A stretch of DNA of 64,000 nt, taken from Carcharhinus longimanus. Taxonomy: Eukaryota. The position numbers were made by a program, and so were the translations under genes. Positions 1-11,179 of the stretch are shown here, one piece after another; the first letter of the stretch is position 1, and each line of letters opens with the position of its first letter. Location: NCBI GenBank assembly GCA_030264375.1, contig JASCQW010000132.1, positions 99,236,962-99,300,961 of the forward strand. The letters are read 5' to 3'. The notes under the pieces are model-generated. The model did not search any database. It worked only from the letters and a program-made list of their open reading frames with translations, and was not told where the DNA came from.

Positions 1-90
1 AACCCGAAAGCTAGTGAGTATATTATCAAATAAATAGGTTGGACTAAAACCTGGTGTTGTCAGACTTTTTACCTTCTCTGACTCCAGTAA
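1..90 (+). mobile_element. Penelope-like element terminus (family A), truncated by window start
   Basis: CCGAAAGCTAGTG...AAATAAATAGGTTGGACTAAAACCTGGTGTTGTCAGACTTTT is homologous to the copies at 14670-14756 and 48772-48996. Confidence 0.65.
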
Positions 91-199
91 TGTCTGAAAT
101 ATGACTATTAATGCCTCCACAAGTCACTAGTTCAACCTCAGGTGGAGTATTGGCCTGCAGATCAGATCCAAGATTGTCCCATCCTCTATCACTGAACAA

Positions 200-715
200 T
201 ATGCAGACAACGTTTGTGTCTCTGCACTAGGAGGCCGAGCTCCAAGCCATTGTCAATGCCTTCACTGAGGCAGATGAGAGAATAGTCCTTACACTGTACA
301 TTTGGAAGACAAAGATCCTTTACCAACTAGTCCCCACTACATAGTGCCCCCAAAGCTCCTCCCCACCACTCTGGTTATCAAAACACGGCATTAAACATGT
401 GGACCACTTTCCATACCTCAGACCTGGCATCAAGCTTATGGTTTCATGGTCTAATGGTGTATAGAGCAGTAGTGTTACTTTTCCACCTACGTGGCTTAGA
501 GATGTAGGCTATGTATAGTAGACACTCCAAAATCTTGGAAAAATACCACCAGAGCTGCCTTCGCAATATCTTGCAAATCCACTGTCAGGATAGGCATCCC
601 GCTATCAGTGTTCTTTCTTAAGCCAACAACCCCAGCATTGAGGCGTTGACCACATTCAATCAGCTCCACTAAGCAGGCCACATTGTCTTCATGCCTGACA
701 TGAGACTACAAAAAC
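200..715 (+). mobile_element. RTE-clade LINE fragment (degenerate RT C-terminus)
   Basis: Decayed YAD-, LQAIVNAFTEA, VDHFPYL and YHQSCLRNILQIH-like segments. Similar to the copy at 13930-14660. Confidence 0.65.
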
Positions 716-719
716 ATGT

Positions 720-875
720 GCTCTTCTCTTAAGCATAGGAGGCTGAAGGGTGACCTTATGGAGGTCCATAAAATAATGAGGGGCATAAACAAGGTAGATA
801 GTCAATATCTTTTCCCAAAGTTAGGGGAGTCTAAAACTAGAGGGCATAGGAGAGATACAAAAGTGTCCAAAGGGG
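720..875 (+). mobile_element. CR1 LINE ORF2 3' fragment
   Basis: SLKHRRLKGDLMEVHKIMRGINKVDSQYLFP...SKTRGH matches the CR1 C-terminal motif SLE.RRLRGDLIE.YKI....TRGH. Confidence 0.85.
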
Positions 876-884
876 CAATTTTCT

Positions 885-1235
885 CTCTTTCCCTTGTTAA
901 TCTTTCGACCTTTATGTATTTGTAGAAGCTCTTTGGATTCTCCTTTGCCTTATCTGCCAAGACAATTTTGTGTTCCCTTTTCGCCCTCCTGATTTCCCTC
1001 TCAACTCAACTCCTACACCCTCTATAGTCTTCAAGAGATTCACTTGATCTCAGCTGCCAATGCATGTTATGTGCCCCTTTCTTCTTCTTGACCAGGGCTT
1101 CAATATCCTGAGTCATCCAGAGTTCCTGACTTCTGCCATCCTTGCCTTTCACTCGAAGAGGAATGTGTTTACCCTGAACTCTGGTTAACACACTTTTGAA
1201 AGCATGCCACTTACCAAACATTGCTTTGCCTTCCC
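885..1235 (-). mobile_element. CR1 LINE ORF2 internal fragment
   Basis: WHAFKSVLTRVQGKHIPLRVKGKDGRSQELWMTQDIEALVKKKK is typical of the CR1 region between the endonuclease and RT domains. Confidence 0.75.
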
Positions 1236-1244
1236 ACAGACTCC

Positions 1245-1475
1245 CCCGGCCAAGACCATCCAAAACAAAGGAAAAGCATCTGGGAAGGAGCTGAACACCT
1301 TGAGTTTCATCGATGACAGCAAGCTGAAGCCAAGCATCAATAGCAAAAGGAATGCCTTGTAATCCGGGCACCTCACCTGTAGCTTGTGCATTGCACTCCT
1401 CAGTCACCTGAGAATTCACTTTTCGCGTGGAAGTTGAGTTATCCTTAAATTCAAGGGACTACCTAAGAAGAAGGA
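1245..1475 (+). mobile_element. Probable 3' end of the RTE element begun at 200
   Basis: Decayed C-terminal segment ending ...CTCAGTCACCTGAGAATTCAC...AAGGGACTACCTAAGAAGAAG, with a short (GAA)n tail. Confidence 0.45.
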
Positions 1476-3732
1476 CATAGTGGAGACTGGTTATACCTGG
1501 TCCCACATTTGTGCAGGAAGAAATGCGAGTGCTTGTAACTGTGAGGTGTATCTTTTTTGTAACAACTGCTTCAAATGATTTTTTTTAAATTGTCATACTT
1601 CTGATGGTAATTTAGCCATTATACTCTGAGGCTCACCATCTCTAACTAGGATCCCATACATCATTCAAATAAATTAATTAAAATTAAAGATGAGTTAATA
1701 ATAATTTTGATATATTTCATTTTTAAGAGCATATGATTCATATGCTTTACTTTCTTCTGTAAGTATTCATACCTTGGTATGATAAACTCCAATAAAAACA
1801 ACAGTCACACAACAGTCATAGGAATTTGTATTGAAAGGGATTTATTATAGGGATAAAACATGACTTGGTTAAAAGAGGTAAAGCTGTTTTTCTGCTGATT
1901 TTTGTTTAAGTTGGACAACAGTTCCATGAGCTGGTTCCTGGTGCATAAACGACTAAATCCAATTTCCTTAAACGATGCACCTCTGGCATTCTCATTAATT
2001 TAAATTCTATTGATTAAATGAAAAGCAGAAAAAAAAACTAATATGGTGACCACAAACTATCAGATTGCCCTGAAAAGCCCATTGGTGCTTATCCAGTCTG
2101 GCCTATATGTTACTCCAGATTTATATAGTGTGATCAAGATATTCATAGAGTCGGGTTGATTCTGCAAACATTTGGCAGGTGCGACACTAATGCANNNNNN
2201 NNNNNNNNNNNNNNNNNNNNNNNNNNNNNNNNNNNNNNNNNNNNNNNNNNNNNNNNNNNNNNNNNNNNNNNNNNNNNNNNNNNNNNNNNNNNNNCCACCG
2301 CCACCATTGATTCTATTTTTGTCAACAGGAGGGAGAGTGCAAGGCATGAGTCACAGAGGCAGGAGACCCAAACTCAATCAGACCATTAGAACTGAGTGCA
2401 AACAGATCCTATTTTCACTGATTCAAAGACTTTAACTTTGTAGTGTGGTAGCCATGACTGAAAAGTCGATAGGTTCTAGTTAAGAGTCATGATCTGAAGT
2501 TGTTTTAATCCTCAGCTCTTTAAACAAACTAGGCTGCAATTGTTTGCCGGAATTACAAAAGCAAACCGCTGCTGGAGTGCTTTGATTGACAGGCCATTGG
2601 CTGTAGCTTTGGGGAAAAAGTATTACCATCTATTCTTACAGTTTCAATAGAGTTCATTGGTGACATTTCCTAAGAGCTGCAATTACAACTGATAATTATG
2701 AATGTTTGTCTGAGTTTAAAATCTCCAAAAGTACTTATTTCTACGAGAGGTTGGGGAGGGAGAGCAGGTTGAGTTTTTATTTGATTAATGATTTAAAGGG
2801 ACTATTAAAGGATAAGTTATCTTCCAAATTTTGGTTGCCTTTATAACAGATTAATCACTGCAGTGGGTCTTGTGGCAGAGTGGCAACATCCCTACCTCTG
2901 GCAGAAGTTTCAGATTCAAGTTCTCTTCAGACTTGATAGTCATACTTGGTGCACTCATAACATGGTCAAACAAGTTGATAATCAGGGATATCCTTGACAT
3001 TCCTGATGGCAAGCAGCAAGGTTGGGAGAGCTTCCTGGTCAGCCATACCACAGAAGTCAATCACAAATCACTGCAATACTTTGCCAAACACAATGATGGA
3101 GCAATTCAATGGAAGCCTATGGTTGACTATGCCCTCTTAAGGCATAAATATCTGAAGGAGGACCAATTCAGTGAATTTAAAATTTCTAACTGGGTTTCAT
3201 TGATGAAATCAAGTGTACATGAGTTTTATTAGAAGTTTATATTTTTATCCTCTCCATAGTGGACACTAGACAATTGGTTCAGGAAGCATGAGGTGGCATG
3301 AAATTGGAATAGGAAGCATGAGGTAGCTATGAGGTGACATGGAGGGTGTGAGTTGGCATGGATGTGATGTGTAGGGTATAGATGGCATGATGAGATCCGT
3401 GGGCCACATGACTTGGCAGAGAGGGAGCATGGAGACTGTGTTGCAGTTGGGATGAGGGTGAGGCCTAGCAGCTTTTAACACAAACTGGGATGAAGTCCAA
3501 GAACTGAAGTGAGCTTTCTAACCACTCACCTTGGCACTCAGCAACACCCTTGGCCACCTCCAATCTGTATCTGGGCTGACTTGATTGCAACCCACCCACC
3601 AACATTCCTAGTCCAAAGGAAGATTGTTGTGGCTGCTGAATGCCAATCATCTGGACCCTAGGACACTTCCTCAGGACAGAGTCCTAGGCCTGGCCATCTT
3701 TGCCTGCCTCATCAATGACTTCCCAATCCTAG

Positions 3733-3853
3733 AGTGGGATTTCTAGCCATGCTTGCTCCAAGACTGGAAAGTCCAACTTGTGATGGACGCTTGCATAGTC
3801 CATCTCCTGCTTGCTATGATTTCCATGGTGATCAGGATGGGAAAGTTCCACCC
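3733..3853. mobile_element. ~120-bp MITE (Harbinger-type TIRs)
   Basis: Imperfect terminal inverted repeats GTGGGATTTC...GAAAGTTCCACCC. Interrupts the LINE; same family as 18172-18296. Confidence 0.55.
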
Positions 3854-4134
3854 ATAATGTCACAAATTCACTGACGATTGCTCAATGTGCAGTTCTGTTC
3901 AGATAATGAAGCAGTATGTGCTTACATGCTGCAAGATGTGAACATTATCCAGGCTTGTACTGAAGATTGGCAAGTAACACAGATGCCATTCAAGTTTCAG
4001 GCAATGATCACCTCCAACAAGAAGAGATATAAATACCTCCAGTTTACACTCAATGGCATCAACATCTGATTCCTAACTATTAATATCCCGTTGAGTCTCC
4101 ATTGACCAGGAACTTCACCAGTCACGTAAATATT

Positions 4135-4855
4135 GGGTGGGATTTTCCCAAAAAATGGCAAAGTGTCAGGTTCAGTTTGAAAACTGGCATGTTTTGCCCC
4201 AACATTATGAGGGGTGGGTCTAAAGAAACCTGACTCCACAGAGATTAAGGTGCATTTTCAAAAGACCCCAATCTCAAATCAATATTAAAATTCCCCCGGC
4301 CCTCAATTCGTTAGCATCAGACACCCCTCCGCCACCTATCGTTCCCCTCCCATCAATGTGAAGTTAACCCCTGCAATGAGGTCATCTACAGGTCCCATCT
4401 CCTGTAGGCCTTGCCTTTTGTGGGCTCTACGGCCTGGCAGTGCCAACCTGGCTGGGCCACCCGAGCAGTGCCAGGGCACTGCCCTGCCATGTCCCAGACC
4501 ACAATGGGGCTACATTAGTCTCTGAGTAGCCTGGTATGGTCATCACATCTAGTCTATGTTCTGGAAACTCGTGATTCCCACCGGTGTTATGCCATGTCAG
4601 TGGTTGGGAAAATATGCGTTTTCAGAAAATATGGCATTAAGCTGGTTTTCGATATTTAAATACATTTAAATGAATGGTAATCAGGTTCATGTCCCCGTTG
4701 GACATGAGCTTGATGATATCACTGGCAGGGGGTGAGGGCAGGAATGACCTCATTCTGAGATCACCCCAGCACACATCCTATTATGACCCTCTTGTGTGAG
4801 AATTTCCACCCATAACGGGATTTGCACTGCATTGAACAGTCAGAAAATCGCTCCC
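4135..4855. mobile_element. ~720-bp non-autonomous Harbinger-like element
   Basis: TIRs GGGTGGGATTTTC and GAAAATCGCTCCC, GC-rich core, inserted within the LINE fragment. Confidence 0.55.
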
Positions 4856-6909
4856 ACTGTGTCACTCAGATGTTGGGTACTCTATGTTGAGAGATTTACA
4901 CCATGGCTCATCAAAGCTTGCGCGTTGAACACAAGTCAGGAGTATAATGCAATATTCTCCACTTGCTCTGGATGAATACTATGTTAACAACACTCAAGAC
5001 ACTCAACAACATTCAGGACAAAGCAACTTGCTTAACTGGCGCCCCATCCACCACTTCAAGTAGTGGGCACTGGGCACTCTAGGTGCTTTCTACAGTTGGT
5101 ATCATACAGAAATGCAGTGCAGTGTCTCGCCAACCCTTCCTGTAATGTAACGTCCAAACCAGTGGTTTATACCAAGAAGGACAAGAGCAGCAGATGCATG
5201 GGAAGCCATTATCTTCAACTTTCCTTTCAAATCACACACAAAAAAACAACTTGGAAATACGATGCTGTCCCTTCATTGTCTAGCTGTATAGAAATGTTCA
5301 ACACTATGGCCGATGACATAATCTGAAAATAAATCTCAGAGCCAGGTCTAGGTCCTGAGTCTATCTTCTTCATTTATTTACCTGGTAGCTCTACATATTT
5401 TGTTTATCTTTCTTTTAAATAAATTTATAATTCCCTTTGAGAAGACTTATTATTTATATTTTCAGGAAGATAATTTTCTTTGAAATGTGGCATGGCCTGT
5501 TTGTAGACATGTACAACTAAGTGAAGACCCAAAAGATTTGTGCCTTTCCTGTGCTCAATCACTCCATGGCAGAGTTATTTTTGCCTTATTCCTTCCTATT
5601 TCAGTCTGAATTTTCATCAATGTCATGGCAATTATATATATCAAGAAAAAGGAATGTTTTGGCTCCTAGATTGAAGGAATGGTTCAAAGATGGATGAAAG
5701 TAATTAACGGTCAAGAACAAAATGAAGAATTCAGATTCGGATTTAACATTACAAGGTTGAAGAAAGACATGGCTTTCATAAAAATTACTAAACACTGAGA
5801 ATCTCAAACAAGTGTGTTTTTTTTTAACTCAAATTCCCCTACAATTTAAAGTAATTCAAAGGTTGCTTGAAGGCTTTGAGTTGGACCTGATTTCACAACC
5901 TATAGTTTAAGTTTGTTTCTAGCATTTTATTGCCATGTGGGAGTCGAAATATGTCACTAAAATGAGTAGATGTAATTTAATTCCAGAATGTACATGCTTT
6001 CCATTTAAACTTTAAACTAAGTCAGAGATACAAAATGCTGGTGAGAAGATGTTTTTAATACTGTAGGTTTAATTAAAGATATATTTGCACTACTTTTTTT
6101 TACAGTTACCTATACACAAGTATTAAACGTAAGTTACTTTGAAGCAGTATATAAAAGTGCCTTTGGGATTTCAGAATAAGTGTCCTTTGAAGGTTGGTTG
6201 GCTTCTCTTTCAGAATTTCCCATGTTACATGGAGTCACCATAACTCTGACTGATCACTTTCATATCAACCGTCGTTCGTTGTTTTGGTGGATGATTTGTT
6301 TTGATGATGCCATCTGCGCATGAATGATACATCTGTAACTTCATCAGCTAACCAAGTGTATACTGAACAGTTTAAAAGGGACTTTTAAAAGACAAGGAAA
6401 GACAATGGCTAAAGGTAGTTGCCACAAGTCACCTGACATCGGAAATGAATTGCTGACCCGCTCTTGGAAACTTCCAATATAGAATTGCAGTTCAAACTTG
6501 GCAATTTGAATTGAGACATGGCAAACTGCTTTCAAATGCAAGGCCCCATTCCAAGGTGAAGGTGAAAAAACAAACAATCCTTCAGACCCATCAAAACTTA
6601 TTACTGTCAAAGGAAGATGCACTAAAATACAATGATCTGGATATTGAAACAATGGCTACTACTGACAGACCCATGCAAAACCTCTTGAAAATACATAATG
6701 GACAAAAGTAGCACAGGTCAGTTTGCAGTCACTGCAGAGATTGCAAATGACACCACAAGTGTCAAAAAAAAGTCATTAGCAGAAGAGACAGGCTGAAAAG
6801 CTTCACTCTCTCCCTCATTCTCTATTAACTGGTCAGGAGACAACTTTACTCAAAACAAGTTAGCAAACTGTGATCTCAAAATAATTATGACATCTTCTAT
6901 ATCTGTGAA

Positions 6910-7215
6910 ACCATATATACAAACATATGATTTAGGAGCAGGTGTCAGTACTTGGTTCTTCAAGCCTGCTCTGTTATTCAATAAGATCACGGCTGATCTG
7001 ACTGTAAACTTAATTCCGCATTTCTGTCTACTCCCAATGACCATTTGTCCCCTTGCTTCTCAAACATCTCCCTACCTTTTCCTAAAAAATATTTAGACAG
7101 CCTTTTGAGGAAGAGAATTCCAAAGCTTCACAACCCCCTGTAAGAATGGTTTTTCCTTATCTCTGATTTCAATGGGGGCAGGGTTATTTTTAAACAATGA
7201 CCCCTAAATTTAGAA
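6910..7215 (-). mobile_element. CR1 LINE 3' end
   Basis: Plus-strand CATATGATTTAGGAGCAGG...TTCAATAAGATCACGGCTGATCTG...AGAGAATTCCAAAG is the reverse of the CR1 3' UTR seen at 52560-52690. Confidence 0.7.
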
Positions 7216-7297
7216 ACCAGCCAATCTAAGTCAGCCACAACTTTTAATGATCTACGCCTCTTAACTTATTTTATTGGACCCTCCCTTTCTGATAGAA

Positions 7298-7430
7298 GCA
7301 AATTACTGCAGATGCTGAAACCTGAAACCAAAAGAGAAAACACTGGAAAATCTCAGCAGGTCTGGCAGCATCTGTAAGGAGAGAAAAGAGTTGATGTTTC
7401 AAATCCAGATGACCCTTTGTCAAAGAGTCC
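7298..7430 (-). mobile_element. Penelope-like terminus (family B) with decayed hammerhead motif
   Basis: Minus strand reads TTGACAAAGGGTCATCTGGATTTGAAACATCAACTC...CAGATGCTGCCAGACCTGCTGAGATTTTCCAG. The same tail occurs at 20390, 27420, 37430 and 58365. Confidence 0.65.
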
Positions 7431-8084
7431 TTCTGATACCTGCGTGTGTGTGATGTTGCATTTTTATGTTTTTTTCTTGGGTTGAGTGATTAACAAATTT
7501 GCTTTTCTTTAATTTAAGAAAACCTTTTTTGATTAGCTTCTTGTTGCTGGCTACATAAATAGTTAAATATATTTGTATATGTAAAAGGCATGTTCTCATG
7601 AAAAAAAGAAACTTAAACTTTGTTGTGATCAACAGAAGAGGCAACGAGAGGGGAGCCAGTTCACTCCTTCACATCTTGTCATAACAGTTTTACAGCCGGA
7701 TGCTCTTCCTACAAATAAACCTCACGATTCAGGTTTTGCAGCAGCACCAATACTCACTTGCCTGCATCAGTGGCTGAATTCTTTCCTAGCCAACAAGTCC
7801 TGGAGTGGGACTTGAACCCAGTGCCTTCCATCTTAAAGATAAGAGAACTATACAATGAACCACTCCAGCTCCTTCTGGGCATTTTTTAAATAGTAATACT
7901 CTGGGCCAAATCTATCTTCTTTAAACAAAACAACTTTTTTGGACTGGTTAGTATTGAAATGTAGCTGGGACATTAAAGCCCTCCATTACATTATCACAAC
8001 AAGTAATTTTAATGAGTTATCTGTCCTTTCTGCATTTCAAACCTCAGTCAGCTGCAGGAGCCTGTTGTGTTTAATTCGATATCA

Positions 8085-8930
8085 AAATACTGTGAAATCT
8101 GGAAATTTGAAATAAAGACAAATGTTGGTTATGCCCTCTACATTTCTGTTATAACCAGTCTAACACCTATTTGTTTTGTTCAAGAAACTAGATTTGGTCC
8201 AGAGTGAATGCCAATTGTTATTTAAAAACTGTACAGAAGAAGCTAGAATGGCATCATTGTGGAGCCAGGGGATGAACATTTCAGGTTGATGACCTTCCGT
8301 CAGAACTAGGAAAAGGTAGAAATGTCAAGTTTAGAGCAAGGAAAAGAGGAGAGGGTGGAGAAAAGAACAAATATGAAGGTTTATTTTGCAGCGGGAAACA
8401 GGAGAGATTAAATGACAACATGTTTTATGGTGCAAGGAACAGTAATGAGGTAAGTAAAGAAATAAAAGATGTGTCTAGAGGAGTTGTAAAAGTGTAGATA
8501 TCTGTCATCTGAACTCAAAGGAAATAAGAGGGAAATTAGAGTACAAACCAAAACAAAGAACCATGAAATAAAATGGGAGAAGCAGAGATATGGGCCTGGC
8601 TGTCATGCCAGTGGGATTTTAGCTGGGTGCCAAGTTCTCCAAGCTCGCTGTAGCAGGAGAGTGGCAATGTATGGTCACTAAGATCGCATCTATTTGACTC
8701 AATGTTGAGTCTGGAAGTCTGTGAAGTGCTCAATCAAAAGATAATGTGCTATTCTTCAAAAGTTGCACTGAGCTTCACTGCAACATTCAGCAGACCAAAG
8801 ACAGAAAGATCAGAGTGGGAGCAAATTGTAGAAATAAAATGACCAAGGACAGGACGCTCAGAGTCATGCTTGCGGGCAGAATGGAGATGTTCAGCAAAGT
8901 GGTAATCCAGTCTGCATTTGGCGTGCTTTA
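8085..8930 (-). mobile_element. Penelope-like element 3' part: decayed GIY-YIG endonuclease plus hammerhead-bearing terminal repeat
   Basis: Minus frames give KCRLDYHFAEHLHSARKHDSERPVLGHFISTICSHSDLSVFGLL and, after a frameshift, STSQTSRLNIESN. These match the PLE GIY-YIG C-terminus (..RLGDRFAEHLRSV....PVA.HFN...HS...L.V.GL...GLN). CTGACGGAAGGTCATCAACCTGAAATGTTC lies at 8303-8274. Confidence 0.8.
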
Positions 8931-10384
8931 TGTTTGCAGATGTTATCGTGCTAGAGGTAATGAAAATGGTGGACAATAATCCATTTTTATTTGAACCAGT
9001 TAGCATTATCAGATCTTATAATGTTGGTGAAGAGAAAGGGTGGTGCCTCTTGACCTCTGTNNNNNNNNNNNNNNNNNNNNNNNNNNNNNNNNNNNNNNNN
9101 NNNNNNNNNNNNNNNNNNNNNNNNNNNNNNNNNNNNNNNNNNNNNNNNNNNNNNNNNNNNGACCTCTGTTTGAACAGTACATTTCTAACAGGGTACATCC
9201 CAAATTTTAATATTTGGTTCTTTTTCAGAATCCAGAATGAACTGGATATGTCTGCAGCATTTTGAGTGGCTGCTGTTTCTCTACATTTATGATGACCTCT
9301 GTTTCAGATGAATACTGAAAGAAGACAATCATTGTTTCCATTGATTTGTCAGATCCCATGAAGTTAAATCTCTCATCTTTTTGTTTCAAATTAATTGAAC
9401 ATGAGAATTAGAAGTAGACAACTGATCTTTTCTTTCCCTTTTTGGGAAACAAGGGAACTTTAAACTGAAACGCCTTTATGTTTCATTACTGTTTCCAATA
9501 TGAGTTCTCCAGCTGAATAAACAGGTTTGTTGCAACAATCAGCACACAAAACAAAGCCACTGATGATTCCCCTGAAGATACTCCTCTGACCAATCGATTT
9601 TCAGATCAATGACTAAAGGTAATACCTTCTCAGATAGGTATTACTGAGGCGTGATCATTGAACACTGACATTAAAGAAAAATCAAACTTCTGAACCTGCA
9701 TTAGCATAGCTGTGTCTTATGTAAAAGAACGTCCTTGAACTTGTCTGGCATATCAGTTCTCCAGCTGGCTCACTGGGTGTAGTAGAGAACATCTGGACTA
9801 CCAGGTAGCAATGAGATACCCTTTTGTGATGATATCACTTGAAATAGGCTGAAGATAACAACCATGAGAAATACTGTCTAAATTGTTTATATGTGAATAT
9901 ATTGTGAGTTTCTGACGATCATTACATAAGACCATGAGAACGGTTTTGAATCCACAGTCATTCAGCTAAAGAATTGCTCAACCCTTGACTAAATAAAATT
10001 GTTTATCCTGGAACGGCATTGTATTTTGAATACTTCCAATATTTTCACCCATTTTCATAATTTTGGTAGAATATGCCAAACATACAGAATTATTTGAATA
10101 AAGAAGTTTCTCCAGTGCCTGTTTCAAATGTATTTTCTGCATTTCCATTTCATCATCGCTTGTCTTATTTTCCCTATGAAGTTTTAAGTAAACGTTCGGG
10201 TTCATTTTAACTACGTAATTTATAAGTTTTAAATATTAGAATAAGGTTTTCTCAAAACTAATCTTGTGTTAAACTATGAAATTTAATCATCTCGTGCCTT
10301 TCCTCATCCTGGATGAATCTTAAATGTGTTTTCTGTACCTTTTCAGATTCCAGGTTTTTTTATATATAGCATAGAGAAAAAAAT

Positions 10385-10989
10385 AGGGCTGAAGTGTCAA
10401 ATTCACATGAACACTAGAGTTAATCTCACTGGTTCTTTTCAGTGGGAGTTTCAAAATGAATCTTCCACACACCATGCACTGCAGAGCGTACTACTGTGAA
10501 TCACACTGAAAATCAGTGAGCGGGGCCTATTCCCACTGGACAGGCCAGCAACATAGTGCCGAGCAGGCTATTGCACATGCACCGATCTGTCAGTGCCAAG
10601 ATCAGCGCATGCAAATAGCCCCACACTGCCAGCCTCCCAATTGNNNNNNNNNNNNNNNNNNNNNNNNNNNNNNNNNNNNNACAGCACTGGCCATACGATC
10701 CCCCAGCCCTCAATCAGTGGCCTCCCGGACATGTCTGGCCAGTCTCGACCCCATTCCACTTCTTCCCCCCCGATTACTGGCACAGAGCTGACGATGCACT
10801 TTGCTACTGACCTCTTGGGCAGGATTAGGCCCCGTCCCTTGCTTACCAGAATGAATCATGCTGAGGCACTCAGCAATGCTCAGCGTGTCAGAGATCTGCT
10901 CTGGTAAGTACTCCCAAAAAACAAATGGGAAATACCACTGTTTTCCTATCCTTTGGGCACTTAGTTTTTGTTTGGGAGAATCCCAGCCA
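10385..10989. mobile_element. Probable Harbinger-type MITE
   Basis: GC-rich block starting GGGCTGAAG and ending GGGAGAATCCCAGCC. The subterminal CACTTAG...TTGGGAGAAT resembles 53630-53662. Contains an N gap. Confidence 0.45.
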
Positions 10990-11179
10990 AATTGTTTTGT
11001 CCTCCTGCTGCCCCCTTCTCTATCCTACAGATCTTTGCAATCATGTTTCCTGAAAAAATATTTAAGGCATTCAAAATTCAACTGCAGCAAAAAATAAGTA
11101 AAATAATAATGAGGAAGAAAACTGTCTGCCTCTCTCCTCCCTCTCTCTTTCTTTTTCTGCCTCTTTCTGTGTTGCCATT

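Larger units (their letters stand above)
3660..5290 (+). mobile_element. CR1-group LINE RT fragment split by two MITE insertions
   Basis: PQDRVLGLAIFACLINDFP (GVPQGSVLGP-like) near 3668-3725. It resumes near 3855 with FTDDC...MLQDVNIIQACTEDWQVT..FKFQAMITSNKKR, and again near 4855-5290 with the C-terminus and 3' UTR. Confidence 0.7.
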
